64,000 nucleotides of DNA from Octopus bimaculoides (lineage: Eukaryota), in contig NC_068998.1 in the NCBI RefSeq assembly GCF_001194135.2, forward strand, positions 36,280,878-36,344,877, given 5' to 3'. Of the stretch, positions 12,001-25,602 are shown piece by piece. The stretch's first letter is position 1, and each line of letters begins with the position of its first letter. Under the pieces are notes generated by a model, which ran no database searches, was not told the origin of the DNA, and saw only the letters and a list, made by a program, of their open reading frames with translations. Position numbers and translations under genes: made by a program.

Positions 12001-12419
12001 TTCTTTTTTTATTATTATTTTAGAGTGCTAAACTAAATTCAGAATTTCTTTCTGTCTTTAAAAGAGTCACTGCTGCATTCTGACCGCGTTGCCCTTCGTG
12101 ATGTAATTTACTTTAGTGTAGCGCAAATATCACTTTAATGTTGTCATTTATTTATTTCTGTTTGTCAAATTTTAAACAATTCATAATCTTGTTTACAAGA
12201 TTTTCAAAATTATCTTCGGTTCTCTTAGGATCATTTACACTACTGCTTCATTTGCCTTTAGCACCTCTTCCCGAAACCTCAAATAAATGAGTCATATTGC
12301 AATTAAACTAAAGTGCATAAAATTGCACCCCCCACAAGTATACACACGATTCTGTCTGTCTGTCTGTCTGTCTATCCATCCATCCACCCACCATCAATCA
12401 ATCAATCAATCTATCTATC

Positions 12420-12463
<44 letters not shown>

Positions 12464-12465
<2 letters not shown>

Positions 12466-13430
12466 AGGTTAGTAGAAAAGTTAGTACTGTTTTTAAGTAA
12501 AATTCTAAAACTATTTTTAGATACAAAGCTTAACTCAACCACATATGTCCCATTTTGTTCCACTACCATCTTTGAGGCAGCTTCGTGATCCTATCTTCCC
12601 AGTACTTGGCATATTTCTAGGTTATGAACTGACCTAAGTAGTTTTAACAATCTTCTGAAGAATTGAAGTTCTCATTAAGAGAATTTTGCAGGGATCCACA
12701 TAAATGGTAACCCGAAAGTATCAGTCAGGTGGATGTGATAGGACCATTCCGGTCAAGCTGTGGCATTTTGCAAAGAAATATGAAATCTAGCGTTATCTTG
12801 AAGGAGGCTGACACCCTTCCGATCGGTCAATTCTGGACGTTTTTCATCGATTTCCTTCTTTAATCAGTCTAACTGGAAATTAATTGTCTGAATTTAACGT
12901 CTAATTTTGCGGAACGAGTTGGTAATCCATCATTCTCTTCCAATCCCACCAGGTACAGAGCATCCCTTCTTCGAAGAGAATAAAAGTGGTTCGTTTAGTT
13001 TTCTCCAGGACACTTTTCGCTCCACTTTGTTATAGACATTCCATGTTTTATCACCTGTGTGTATTCTTTTTTAAAGGGGTCGTTTTTGTTGCGTTTGAAC
13101 AGAGAATCGCAGATGGAAATGCGGTCTATTAAATTTTTTTCCGTTAAATTGTACGGCAGCCAAACACTATAAGTGAATTTAAATGCTTTATTAACGCTCG
13201 TATAAAATATGTAGAATATCTCTGCCATGTCTCGTGTCGGGATTTAGATTGCTTTTGATTAGTGTTTCGATTTCCTCATCATTAACAACTTTTTCACTCA
13301 TCAATCTTACGAACCACTTACAAATAGTCCCTTCAGCTATGGTACTATCTCTATAAATTGCACATTTATTTCTCTCTGTTTGTACAGTGTTTTTCCCTTT
13401 CCGGATATAAAGAGCATCAAATGATGCAGA
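12464..13430 (-). mobile_element. mariner transposon relic (Mos1/Hsmar1-like)
   Basis: TIR-like TTAGGTTAGTAGAAAAGTTAGTACTGTTTTT at 12464; minus-strand peptides FRKGKN.., TICKWF.., WLPYNLTEKNLIDRISICDSLFKRNKNDPF, QDNAR, terminal EQNGTYVVE*; frameshifted. Confidence 0.85.
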
Positions 13431-13654
13431 TGTATCTCGTCCTCTTCCAGTTTCACTTTAACGCACAAACAAAAGACATAATCCATCCACACAGTAACTG
13501 CATAGAAAGATGTGTTGAAATGTCACCTTTCAGAAAGTATGTATATGTCTTATGCATCGGAGAAATGAAACAAAGCGTTTAAACGCCACTAATTGAAATA
13601 GGATAGCTCCAGCTTCCTGTCATCCGTAGTGGAGGAATTCAGGGTCACGAAATG

Positions 13655-14610
13655 TTGAGTTGTAATGATATACAGGGACTTCCAAGATGAGCGTTTCAAG
13701 CATGCAGGTTTCACAACAAGGTCAGGGCGAAAGCGGGTGACCAACACTGCGGTCGCACTGGCTGAAAGCATGCTGAAGCTTCTTGATATCACTGGAATTA
13801 CATGCAGAGGACGGCAGGTCTTGGTTCTTCCCTTCTCTAACAATGGAAGAAGACGGATACTAAGGAGAGAAGGGCAGAACCAGGAGTAAGAAAGAAAGCT
13901 GAGGAGCTGGTATCTCAGGGAGCCTGGACTAAAAGGGACCTACACTAGAGGAAGGTTAGTAGGACAGATCTGTGGAGACAACCCTTTCCCTATATTCTTG
14001 ACAGAGTATGACATACTCCCAACGCCAACCGCCCTATATAGATAAGGGTTTTTAGCTGGGGCCAGCTGTGTAGACTTTGTAGAGACGGGGGAAACCTGGC
14101 ATACGTCATATCAAAGTGCAAAATAGTAATTACTCAAGGGAGATATAAGTGGCGCCTGACAAGTTACTTGCAACACTCGCTCACACTCTGGAACAGGAAA
14201 GGATCAGGAAACACCATCAAGGGAAAACAACAGCAGCAATCAAGTTCGTGAAAGAAGGATAAAAGCCAGTGAAAACTGCAAGAAGGACAAATAGTCTGAT
14301 ACATGAGGGCCAGTCATGGGATATGAAAGTGGACCTGTGGGAAAGATTGCTGTTTCCCCTGATTATTCATATAATCCTGAGGCCAGAGGCGGTTCTGTAG
14401 TCCGAAAAGGTCACGAAAATAATTTTGATCGAACTTACAGTTCTGTGGGAAGAAAAGTGTGATTCGGTCTATGAATGGAAGTGTGCCATGTACGAGAACC
14501 TTCCGCAGAATTACAGGGAGAAGATATGGGAGTCATAGATTTGTTCTCCCTCCGTAGAGGGTTCCCTGCCCAGTTACTATAGAGGATGTTTACAACCATT
14601 AGAATGAGAA
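13655..14610 (+). mobile_element. HERO-like RLE non-LTR retrotransposon, 3' relic
   Basis: Peptides TTRSGRK.., AVALAESMLKLLDITGITCRGRQ, QGAWTK, CRLC..QGRYKWR, WDMKVDL..FP..LRPEAVL..LIELTV.WEE, RGFPAQ follow the HERO C-terminal order (CCHC plus PD..D/E-K nuclease). Confidence 0.75.
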
Positions 14611-14649
14611 GAAATGAGCGAAGAGTAGTTGTGCGCTGAATGGGTGACT

Positions 14650-14684
14650 CAGTGGTGGGGGACAAACGCGCGTGCACACACACG

Positions 14685-14773
<89 letters not shown>

Positions 14774-14935
14774 CGGGCACCTTTCGGTTTCCGTCTACCA
14801 AATCCGCTCACAAAGCTTTGGCCAACCCAAAGCTATAGTAGAAAAGAGATGCTCAAGGTTCCACGCAGTGGGACTCAACCCCTTACCATGTCGTTGGAAA
14901 GCAAACTTCTTACCACACAGCCACGCTTGCGCCTA
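14650..14935 (-). mobile_element. SINE family B, 5' module with (CA)n
   Basis: Reverse complement of head, ending ACCACACAGCCACGCTTGCGCC. Confidence 0.85.
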
Positions 14936-16334
14936 TTCTAGCTGAAAAAAAAAGAAAAAACATTGAAAATAGTTTTTACAAATAGTTTTTACAGAAATAC
15001 TATAACAATTTACTTAATTACTGCGAGTGCATTATTTTACTAATCATTAATTGTTTCCAGCGCCTATTGCAGTTTTTGGGTGTAAATAATATTCCCATTT
15101 CTATTTTAAGAATGTAGGAATTCTCGCTAGTATATGGGTGTGCATATGTATGTGTACGTGTGCGTATGCCTGTATGCGGGAATGTAAGTGTACGTGAATG
15201 AGTGCGTGTATGTATGTATGTATGTATGTTTGCATATATGTATGTATGTTTGCATATATATATGTATGTATTTATGGATGGATGGATGGATGAGAACGCA
15301 TGTGTATATGTAAGGGATAACCTAATGTAAAGATTGAAGGAATAAATGCTTTCAACAGACCTTACTAGGAAATTTATATATCAGAGTTTCTTTATGAATT
15401 ATGCCCTTTATGAACCTTGAGCAACAAGCATTGAATCCATTTTGTGTTTCGGCTTAGAATTCGCCATGACAGAAACAGGGCCTCTTCTCTGATAACCCAG
15501 TCACCTTTAATATTTGGCTCTGAAATTTGTTGAATGGCAACTCGCATATTGACTATAGACTAGGAACTGCAGATTTTAAATTTCAAATAAAGAGATTCTG
15601 GAACTAATTGGTTCCAGTGTTATTTCAGTTAGATTTTTATGGTGGCCGGTACCATAAGGTTTTTCTTTTCATACTCCATACTGTTGATTCAATGGTAGAT
15701 GAAATCCACTGAAATCCTTTTAAAAACAGATATATCATTCTATTCATTGCTCTCTCTTAGATTAGATTCTAGGGCAAAGGTATACTATTTGGCTTTACAA
15801 AATTTTTCCAATTAATTCTTTCTTCAGGAAACCATGATAAATCCATGACTTCTGTTTGTGTCACAGCATGCAAAACTAGCGCCTTCAACATACTACTTTG
15901 ATGGACTAGCATTTCTCTGAATGAGTGTTGTTGACGCCGTCAACTCTATCATTAGAATTATTTGTGAAAGTTTCTGAAATAATTTTGTCTTCATTAATAT
16001 GTTTATTATTTTATTCTTTTTATTGTAAGTGGTACAATTTTTTTCGTACTGTCTATTTGGTCTTGCGTGATGTTGTAATATTTTACTTTGCTATGTGGGC
16101 GTTACTGCTAGAAATTTTGACATGAAATGTCGTGAAAACGTGAAAGTTAATAAAATATAGTCTGTAAAACACACTTGTCTTTGTGTTTTTCCGAGTGTCA
16201 GAGGCAGCCCATTCACAGATAACTAAAATCGTTTTTTGACAAAATAAAACCAAAGCAAAATTTCTCGTTTGGTAAAGCTTGAAACATAGTTAAGTCTCAG
16301 CTGTCCCAAAGTTTATTGTTTATCTTTTATCTTT

Positions 16335-16765
16335 TATCTTTTATCTTTTACTTGTTTCAGTCATTTGACTGCAGCCAGCTGGGGCAACGCCCTGAGGGAT
16401 TTTAGTCGAACAAATCGACTCTGGGACTTATTTTTTAAAGCCTGGTACTTATTCTATCGGTCTGTTTTACCGAACCACTATGTTACGGGAGCGTAAACAC
16501 ACCAACACCGCTTGTCAAGCAGTGTGTGTGTGGTGGTGGCGGGTAGGACAAACATAGACACAAAGACATACATACAGAGATATATGCATATACATATATA
16601 CGACGGGCTTCTTTCAGTTTCCGCCTACCAAATCCACTCACAAGGCTTTGGTTGGCCCCAGGCTATAGTAGAAGATACTTGCCCAAGGTGCCACGAAGTG
16701 GGATTGAACCCAGAACCATGTGGTTGGGAAGCAAACTTCTTACCACCAAGCCACGCTTGCGCCTG
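16335..16765 (-). mobile_element. SINE family B, complete
   Basis: Both modules present, short internal TA/CA tract. Confidence 0.9.
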
Positions 16766-16811
16766 TAAAGTAAATTTCGAACGCAATATAGCCGTGAAAA
16801 CAACGGAGAGA

Positions 16812-16893
16812 TTGTGTAGCGGACACCTACGGGACTCGAAACCGACCTCTCAGATACCGGCTCAGTACTCTACCTAAACGCTAAACGGCTCGC
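16812..16893 (-). mobile_element. tRNA-like SINE head, family E
   Basis: Minus strand AGCGAGCCGTTTAGCGTTTAGGTAGAG..GGTTTCGAGTCCCGTAGGTGTCCG; A/B boxes but no clean cloverleaf. Confidence 0.55.
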
Positions 16894-16984
16894 TTATTAT
16901 TTAATGTAATCATCAAAAAAAAAAAGAAAAAAAGGAAAAGAAAGAAAAGAAAACATAAGAAAAAAGAAAGCATTATTTCATAAG

Positions 16985-17285
16985 TGAGGATGCGTGGTCT
17001 AGTATTTAGGGTCTTGCACTTACGATCGCAAGGTCGTGATTTCAATTCCTAGACCGGGTGGTGCGTTGTGTTCTTGAGGAAAAAACACTTCATCTCACGT
17101 TGCTGTACGATCACTTTGGAACCTGACGCGTTGTATACCGTGCACCTGTTCAAGCAACGTTAACTTTATGGAGAGAGTGAGCTAATGTGCGGTACGAACA
17201 TTTGATTACTATAAACGAATCCTTTGTACAGATCGTTCGGCTAAAGCTGAGTACTCATACGTCATCTTCGACGGGAGAGTTCATC
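16985..17285 (+). mobile_element. tRNA-derived SINE, family C variant (shared head, different 3' body)
   Basis: GCGTGGTCTAGTATTTAGGG..GATTTCAATTCC..TTGTGTTCTTGAGG..CACTTCATCTCACGTTGCT as in family C, then divergent. Confidence 0.7.
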
Positions 17286-17328
17286 ATTGTTTTGACCTAT
17301 GTGGCCAATAAAGGAAAGGCTGTTGTTG

Positions 17329-17384
<56 letters not shown>

Positions 17385-17404
17385 ATTATTATTATTATTA
17401 TTAT

Positions 17405-17612
17405 TAGGGCGGCTAGCTGGTAGAATCGTTACTGCACCGGGGAAAATGCTTAGCGGTATTTCGTCCATCTTTACGTTCTGTGTACAAATTCCACCGAAGT
17501 CGACTTTGCTTTTCGTCTTTTCGAGGTCGATAAAACAAGTACCATTCAAATACTGATGTCGATGTGATCGACTATCCACCTCCCCACAAATTGCAGGCCT
17601 TGTGCCATAGAA
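17405..17612 (+). mobile_element. SINE family A embedded in (ATT)n
   Basis: Full length; (ATT)n on both sides (17320-17404 and 17620-17670). Confidence 0.9.
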
Positions 17613-17618
17613 GAAAGG

Positions 17619-17669
<51 letters not shown>

Positions 17670-17899
17670 GATATTCAATGATATTCAATAATATTTCAAA
17701 GCATATCACTCAAGCAGGTCACGAAACATACAGGTATATAAAAATACCTGATAAATGGACGTGAAGTATACTGTATTAAGACAGGTTCAAAATTTTGCGT
17801 CCGAAACAAAATTGAACAAGCCACCATGTGAGGAGAAGTAATTCCAGGGCATCCTACAACTCTGACCATCTTCTGCTCTTTTCATCGCCTGAAAATTGA

Positions 17900-19400
17900 T
17901 TCCTTTAACTTTGCTGTCACCGCTTTCATTTCAGGCCAAATATTTAAGTCCTCAAATTCCATGAAAATCAGCAGATAGAATCTTGTTATGGTTTTCGCCA
18001 AAAGTTTGTCAATTTATTATTTCATGTAATCATCAATCACATTAACATTTCTCTTGTTCAACTTTAGCTCCTTTAGCAGAAGCATTGAGTTCTCTCTAGT
18101 TTTCACAGCTCCGTGAAAATCCTTCCGGTAGGGAAGTAGACTGGGGCTGTATTTTTCTTTTAGCCCTGTTTACTTTTTACTATCCCTGATGATTTTCCCT
18201 CCTACTCTATGTTCTAACTTCATCGGAAGTCAATGGATGGAATTGCAACTCGAACGACACAGTGACGGAAGAAGAGAAGATCTCTTGATTTCTCTGTGAT
18301 TTACATCACAAGCCCATTCTGCTGTTGGCATAGATGACAGTAGGTTTCATTTGCTTCCAATTTGGCTATTATCCAACTTGTGGTTAATGGTGTTTTTGAA
18401 TGATCGGTAGCTGCAGCCAAAATTTTCCTTCTGAGGCTTTCTTTAGTTGTTGATGCTTTTGCTGGAACCTGTTTTCTGTTGCAGAAAGACCTCAAGTGGT
18501 CTTTATTACTACACGCACACTTAATAACCGTGTCTTCTTAACTAAGCTGTCAGTGAAATCGAACTCCTCTCCGCTCCCTTAGTAACGTAAAGTTCCAGAA
18601 ACACCTTAATGTCATTGAGGGTGAAGTATTAGAACCTTAAAGTCCATGCAGACTGCAACAGGCCATATGTTATTGCGGATCGCCTTGGTGACTTCCACAT
18701 GTCTTTACTGTTGTACAAATGTAATAAACTAAGTTCTAATATCTCTAGTCGGTTTCTTCATGTTCTTGAAAGCCATATACCGTATCACTCGCCCGCGAGT
18801 AGACATGTCATGCACTAGCTCTACATATCTTCTCATTGATTCTCTGTCTTAAGGACCAGGTACACATTTACATATACACTTTCCAGGTGCACACATCCTA
18901 TCATACAACGGCCAGGACTTCACCCAATTACTCTTTTGAGTGTATAAGAAAGGCCAATCCATATATTTTGAAGAACAATTGTATGTTATTCCTCGCCTTA
19001 TCCTGGATAAATTTATCAGTTAAAAAGGCACTGCCTTTTGTGGCATACTTCACTCACATATTGCTTCAGTTAGCTCATGTCGAAAAGGTTTTTGATTACA
19101 AAGAGCCCCAGATACAACTTTTGCAAAAGAAATATTGTCGTTGGTGGTATTTGTCGTCGCTGTTCGCATTGTTTCCTCGTCCAAATCAATTTTTCATCGC
19201 TATTCTTTTGTCTATCTTCTAATGTACAACTGTGAATATTTAAGATTTAATCTCTGCTTGATTCTCCGTTATGTATTTATACTTCTGCTTAAAATCATAT
19301 TGGGAGCATGTTTATCATATCGAGGCTATTTCTATCATTGGTACGATGATATTTCTGAAGCAGCCATCATGCAACGCGTGCAAATATTGCAAATGGCTAT
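17900..19400 (-). mobile_element. Highly degraded R4/Dong-like RT region
   Basis: Scattered minus-strand remnants (..DIKVFLELYVTKGAERSSIS.. resembling the D+xRLY+xRxxGGRGL thumb region); heavily frameshifted. Confidence 0.35.
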
Positions 19401-19607
19401 TCGCCAGAATTAAATGAACAGCTAAAAATATCTAAGATAAACTTTCCTTCTACCCCAGGGTGGATCCTCAAATAAATCTGAAAACCTTTAGTTAACAAAA
19501 GTTGAAAAAAATAAACTTTTTTCTCCTGAAAGTTATACGGTTTAGAATTACATTCTTTTTTTTTTTTTTCGGAAATCTAAAATAGACGTCCGTTCCCTTT
19601 ACTACTG

Positions 19608-19657
<50 letters not shown>

Positions 19658-19870
19658 GATGATGATGATGATGATTTTTATATTTTTATTTAGCTTATGG
19701 CCAACATTGCAGTTCTTTCGAGTTGGAGTCATGGGCGTCTATCTCTCTCTCTCTCTCTCTCTCTNNNNNNNNNNTGATGATGATTTTTATATTTTTATTT
19801 AGCTTATGGCCAACATTGCAGTTCTTTCGAGTTGGAGTCATGGGCGTCTATCTCTCTCTCTCTCTCTCTC

Positions 19871-19954
<84 letters not shown>

Positions 19955-20680
19955 TGAGAGAGAGGATATCCGTCCGCAACCTAAAAAAGTTAAAAGGAAG
20001 TAAAAACAGGAAAGAAATATTTAAGAAAAATATAAAATGTCTTTTTTTAAATCAAAATGTTTACACCCGGTATATATACAAGTGCGTATATGTATATAAA
20101 AAATAATAATAAAAAAAAAGCAGAAATGGGTGTGGAACGAAACTGCTGTGGAGTTCTAATTATGTTCGGCAGTTAATTTTCTCAGCAAACAGACTTTCTG
20201 TTCAAAATCATCCCTGATCAAATGTATTTGATGTTTTACTCCTCGAATTGAACATAATAATCATTCTCACCACACACAAAAAATGTAAGGAAGACAAAAT
20301 CCAATAAGTTGGTTACTTGTAAATAGTGTAAAAGTTGCTTGTAGATAGATATGTAAAATGAGATACGTTGCGGTTACGTTCATTCCAAATTCTGCTAATC
20401 TTCTAGAAAATGGGGCGATTCTTCTCGACAACTCACGATGAAATATAAACGGTTGGAACTGCCAAAACAGCCAGAATGTCCAATCTTCCAAGGCAAGTTG
20501 CCAGAATCCACATACACCGCGCCGTGTCATTCCCACTTACATGAAAAGAACATAGTAAAGGAATTTTTTTATCCCCAAAAGATGAATCGTATTAGAGCAA
20601 ACATTTCTTTTAAAAAGCATTTTATAGAACTGCAGCTACAATAGGCTCAGATGTGAAACTACTAGCGCCAACACACACCG

Positions 20681-21003
20681 GTACTCCATCGGTTACGACG
20701 ATGAGGGACCAAGTTAATCCGACGAACGGGACTTTCTGCTTGTGAAGCTAACGTGCAAGTGGCTGAGCACTCCACAGACACGCGTACCCTTAACGTAGTT
20801 CTTAGAGAGATTCAGCATGACACATAATGTGACAAGGCTGGCCCATTGAAATACAGGTACTACTCGTTTTTGCCAGCTGAGTAAACTGGGACAACGTTAA
20901 ATAAAGTGTTTTGCTTAAGTACACAACGCGCCACCGAGTATCGAACTCACAACATTACGATTGTGAGCCGAATACCCTAACTACTAAGCCACGCATCTCC
21001 GCA
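20681..21003 (-). mobile_element. SINE family C
   Basis: Reverse complement, collinear with 5636-5960 and 11368-11684. Confidence 0.9.
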
Positions 21004-21567
21004 ACCAACACACAAGGACATCAACAATAACACATTCAAGATGGTCACCCACTCCATATATAGTTTAATTATAATTATCATTACGTGTAGGTATTTTTAC
21101 AACTTTTATAACTCCTTTTAACTGAGTAAACTTCCGTTCTTGGGAAACATTGCAGTATGTACTCAGGAAATACGTAAGACACTTACAGAAATCCATCTGT
21201 TAACAGATTGAAACATATGCATGCTTAAGCATGTCATCTTCGTCATATACAAAAGTGGTTTGTAACTATTATCTATATAAACCGACTCAACGTATCGCCA
21301 CTAGACACCTTAAATCACAAGAGAAAATTTCAAGAGAGGGTTGGAAAGAAACAAGTATTAAATAAATTAGGTTAATACATTAATGCATTTCTTCTTAATC
21401 ACACGAATAATCCCAAATGTAAATCAACAGAGGGCCACGTTTTCTATGGAATGCAATTGGAGCTTCTGCTCGTTTCACCAAGCACGCTGTTCATATGCAA
21501 ACGGTCTCTACCAAACCAGAGGTATCAATACAATAGATGCTTGATCTGCAGGCGCACTTGCTCTAAA

Positions 21568-21980
21568 GGAGCCGGCATGGCTGTGTGATAAGAAGTTTGC
21601 TTCCCAAACACATGGTTCCGGGTTCAGTCCTACTGCGTGACACCTTAGGAAAATACCTTCTACTATAGCCCCAGGCCGACTAAATCCTTGTGAGTGGAAT
21701 TGATAAACGGAAACTGAAAGAAGCCCGTCATATATGTATACATATGTGCGTGTCTTTGTGTTTGTGTTTTATTAGTCCACGCCACTGCTTGACAACTGGA
21801 GTTGGTTTGCTTATGTCATCGTGACTTAGCGGTCCGGCAAAAGATATTAATAGAATAAGTACTAAACTCAAAAAATAACTACTTGGGTCGATTCGTTCGA
21901 ATAAAAAAGCCTTCAAGGCGGTGCCCCAGTAGGGCCGCAGTCCAATGGCTGAAACAAAGAAAATGTAAAATATAAAAGAT
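21568..21980 (+). mobile_element. SINE family B, complete
   Basis: Both modules plus a short internal TA/TG tract. Confidence 0.9.
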
Positions 21981-22029
21981 GAAGAATTCCTACTCAATGT
22001 GAAAGGAACTCACTTTTCTGACCATAATA

Positions 22030-22235
22030 TTGATTTAAAATGTTGGCACAAGGCCCGCAATTTCGGGGAAGAGGGTAAGTCGATTACATCGACTCTAGTA
22101 CTCAAGTGGTACTTATTTTATCGACCCTGGAAGGATAAAAGGCAAAGTCAACCTCGGTGGTATTTGAACTCAGAACGTAAAGACGGAAAAAGTGCCGCTA
22201 AGCATTTTGTCCTGCGTTCTAACGATTCTGCCAGC
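22030..22235 (-). mobile_element. SINE family A
   Basis: GGTACTTATTTTATCGACCC..GGCAAAGTCAACCTCGG..TTTGAACTCAGAACGTAA..CTAACGATTCTGCCAGC. Confidence 0.9.
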
Positions 22236-22602
22236 TTGCTGCCTGTTTGTCTGACCCTAGTATTATAGAACTGTAGATCGGTATCAATCTTTGTCTACCC
22301 TGAATTTTCTCGATCGTCATGGAAATCAATCAGTGAATTGATCTGAAACCTAAATTGGCGCCAAATCCTCTCAACAAAAGGAATGACATGAAACTGAGGC
22401 AATTAATGCCATTAACTCTAGCTACATGTATTTTAGCTTAGCTAAAACTGGAACGTCTCGGAAGAATTCGCTTAAGACTAAGAACAAAAGTCTCAAATTA
22501 CTTAAATTCTCAAATTACTAGCAGACGCCCTCCTTTAAAAATGACACACATGCAGCACATAAATAAAATGATCCCATGTAAACGAGAGAGAGGAAGAGTG
22601 AA

Positions 22603-22638
<36 letters not shown>

Positions 22639-22779
22639 TGAGAGAGAGGAGACAGAGAGAGAAAAAAGAGAAAGACTCGAAAAGGAAATCAAGACTATCG
22701 AAAATATAAAGACCAATCCTATATTTACAAGAAATAAATACATAAATACCTGATTAAAATAAACAAAACTGAGCTCCAA

Positions 22780-23800
22780 AGCATTACAAAATAACAGGGC
22801 CGTTATTGAAGGAAGTGACCCACTTACCGTAGATTTGCCCTCAGTATGAGAAGTACTGCAAGGACAATGCCACAGTATTATACCAGTCTGGTATAATGAC
22901 AAACAAGTAGATGAAACCCCAACACTGCAAGTTTTGAAAAAAGAACTGACAACTGTCTATTATGTGGATATAAATGATGGAGTGCTTGTCAAAACTGAAA
23001 CGGGCCCGCGATAACATCTCATGGCATTCCATTTGTCTTAAAACGTGCAATGAGATTACTCAAACCACTCCAGATACTTCCCCAAGCTTTCGTAGAAGTG
23101 ATAAGCTCCTCAAAAATTTCTGCAAAGTACTGTGTTATTTCTGTAGGGATTGAAGCAAAATAGATGTTAAAGACTAAATTCCTACATCCCTAATATGTTT
23201 TTCAGTCATCAGCAAAATCTTAGAAGGAATTATTAAAGAGAAATTATTTACGCTTTTGGAAGAAAATTGCTAGGTTTATGCTAAGTGCAGTTTCCGTTAA
23301 GGAATAAGCTGCCTCACTCGTTACACGATGATGTTAAAGTAGCTGTACAATGGATCCTATGTAAATATGATATCCGCGGACTTTGGGAAGGTTTTTCACC
23401 TGAAATAATGTCACAGGCAATTTGGAAACACAATGGAGATATTATACTCTAATCGCTAGAATCATTACCAAACGCAACAGTTATAATCAGTAATAATTTG
23501 CGATGAAGCAGAATGAACGAATTGGCAGAGTAGGGCACCGGATATTTGTTTCCACTCTGTGCATTGAGTTCATATCTCATCGAGGTCAACTTTGTCTTTC
23601 GGACTTGATAACAAGTTTACCAAGTCAGACGACAGATTGGCGGGTGATGGATTGGTGGGTGACAGAGCGTCAGAGGAGATGCTGCGCAGTACTTGTTACA
23701 GCCTTTTGCGCTCTGACAGTAATCCTTGCGATGACATCATTCCAAGCTGTAGCTGCTCTTTTGTAGTGATTTTTCCCTTGAAAAGCATCGTTAGAAGAGA
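22780..23800 (+). mobile_element. Degraded CR1/L2-like LINE RT relic
   Basis: Remnants in RT order: K..GPRDNIS..LKTCNEI, KILEGIIKEKL..LEEN, DMISADFGKVF; many stops and deletions. Confidence 0.5.
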
Positions 23801-23812
23801 GAAGGAGAGGGA

Positions 23813-23850
<38 letters not shown>

Positions 23851-24437
23851 GAGGAGTAATACTTGCATGTTACACTACTAGTCTTCCTCAAAAACCCTTA
23901 CACAGACCTACATATATATAGACGCAAACAAATTATCAACCTTGACCGACAGAAGCACTCTAGACTAATGCACCATTTCCTGCACATACTGAGCACTTTT
24001 TTTAGAATATGAGAACCGAATTTCGTTTGGTAAGTCAAGGCTGAAGGCCTCCAAGCTGATGTTTAAATTAAAAACATTTTCCAGTTCAAGAAGATTGCTA
24101 CGGTGTATCAGGTGTTTTGCTGACGCGAACGAAAAGTAAAACGATAAAGAAGTGATAATATATTAAAAACAAAATATAATAAAATAAATTTATGAAATAT
24201 GTTTTTAATATTATATTAAAATATGATTTTTGAAAATTACATCCGGTAAATATGCTTCGTCGATTTTATAATTACATTTCTAATTATACGCTCACTAACT
24301 CCACAAATAAAATGAGTAGGGCAAATCAGTTGATCGAACAATAGGAACAACCATTATCGAAACTGAGGGAGAATTAGATAATATATTATGTTATAAAATA
24401 CAATACAATATAATATAATGCAATATAATATTAAATA

Positions 24438-24624
24438 AAGGCAGCGAGTTGGCAGAAACGTTAGCGGTATTTCGTCTGCCATTACGTTCTGAGTTCAAAT
24501 TCCACCAGGGTCGACTTTGCCTTTCATCTTTTCGGGGGTTGGTAAATTAAGCACCAGTTGCGTGCTGAGGTCGATGTAATCGACTGGCCTCCTCCCAAAA
24601 GTTTCAGGCCTTGTGCCTAAAGTA
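24438..24624 (+). mobile_element. SINE family A
   Basis: Collinear with 57-270. Confidence 0.9.
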
Positions 24625-24864
24625 TGATATTATATTATATTATATTATATTATATTATATTATATTATATTATATTATATTATATTATATTATATTATAT
24701 TATATTATATTATATTATATTATATTATATTATATTATATTATATTATATTATATTATATTATATTATATTATATTATATTATATTATATTATATTATAT
24801 TATATTATATTATATTATATTATATTATATTATATTATATTATATTATATTATATTATATTATA
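24625..24864. repeat. (ATTAT)n pentanucleotide array
   Basis: Essentially perfect 5-mer run of about 240 bp. Confidence 0.97.
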
Positions 24865-25078
24865 GGGTGGTGAGCTGGTCGAACCATTAGCACGCCGGAC
24901 AAAATCTTTAGCGCCAATTTGTTCGCTCTTTACATTCTGTTTCAAATTCCGATGAGATCAACTTTGGCTTTCACCCTTTATGAGTCGATAAAATAAGTCC
25001 CAGTTGAGAACTGGAGTCGATGTAATCAGCTTACGCCCACACCCGAAATTGCTGGCCTTGTGCCAAAATTTGAAACCA
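24865..25078 (+). mobile_element. SINE family A (older copy)
   Basis: Collinear with 57-270, more diverged. Confidence 0.85.
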
Positions 25079-25114
25079 GTATGATACTATATATATATAT
25101 ATATATATATATTC

Positions 25115-25554
25115 ACCTATGTGTTTGTGCGGTCGAGCAGATACTTCCAAACGACGTAACTGAGATTCAGTCCTACTGTCTACTGTGCGGCACTCTAGGC
25201 ATATGTCCTCGTACCGACCAATGCCTTCTGAATTGATCTGGTGAACGAAATCTAAAATCCCATCATTTATATATATATATATATGGAGTCTTTGAGTTTA
25301 TGTTGTATTAGTCCCGCCACCCGCTTAAAAACTGGTATTGGTTTGCTTACTTTACGATAAATTAGCAATTCGGCAAAAGAGTCTGACAGAATAAGTACCA
25401 GACTAAGAAAAAAGAAAAAAAAAACACCAAAGAGGTCGATTTGTTTAACTAAACCTTTCAGATCAGTACCCCAGCGTGGCTGCAGTCCAATGATGAAAAG
25501 AATGGATTGTAAGTGGATTTGGTAGGCGGAAACTAAAAGAAGCCCGTCGACTAT

Positions 25555-25560
<6 letters not shown>
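25115..25560 (+). mobile_element. SINE family B, degraded, followed by a second 5'-module fragment
   Basis: Degenerate head, TA tract and 3' module; GTGGATTTGGTAGGCGGAAACT fragment at about 25510. Confidence 0.7.

Positions 25561-25602
<42 letters not shown>

Noticed and set aside
16812-16893. Possible tRNA gene (also the heads of SINE families A, B and C)
   Set aside because: A/B boxes are present, but I could not fold an acceptor stem and cloverleaf; treated as SINE heads.
19657-19872. About 100-bp exact direct repeat
   Set aside because: Identical copies on either side of a 10-N gap: contig-end overlap artefact.
20438-20644. 68-aa complex ORF, and an open exon-like stretch at about 21430-21515
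   Set aside because: No recognisable domain and weak or absent splice signals; not supportable as coding exons.
8717-22364. TTGGCGCCAAAT E2F-like palindromes at about 8717 and 22355
   Set aside because: Short motifs with no promoter or gene context.
24625-24864. Regular array that might suggest CRISPR or telomere repeats
   Set aside because: Pure 5-mer with no spacers; not TTAGGG-like.
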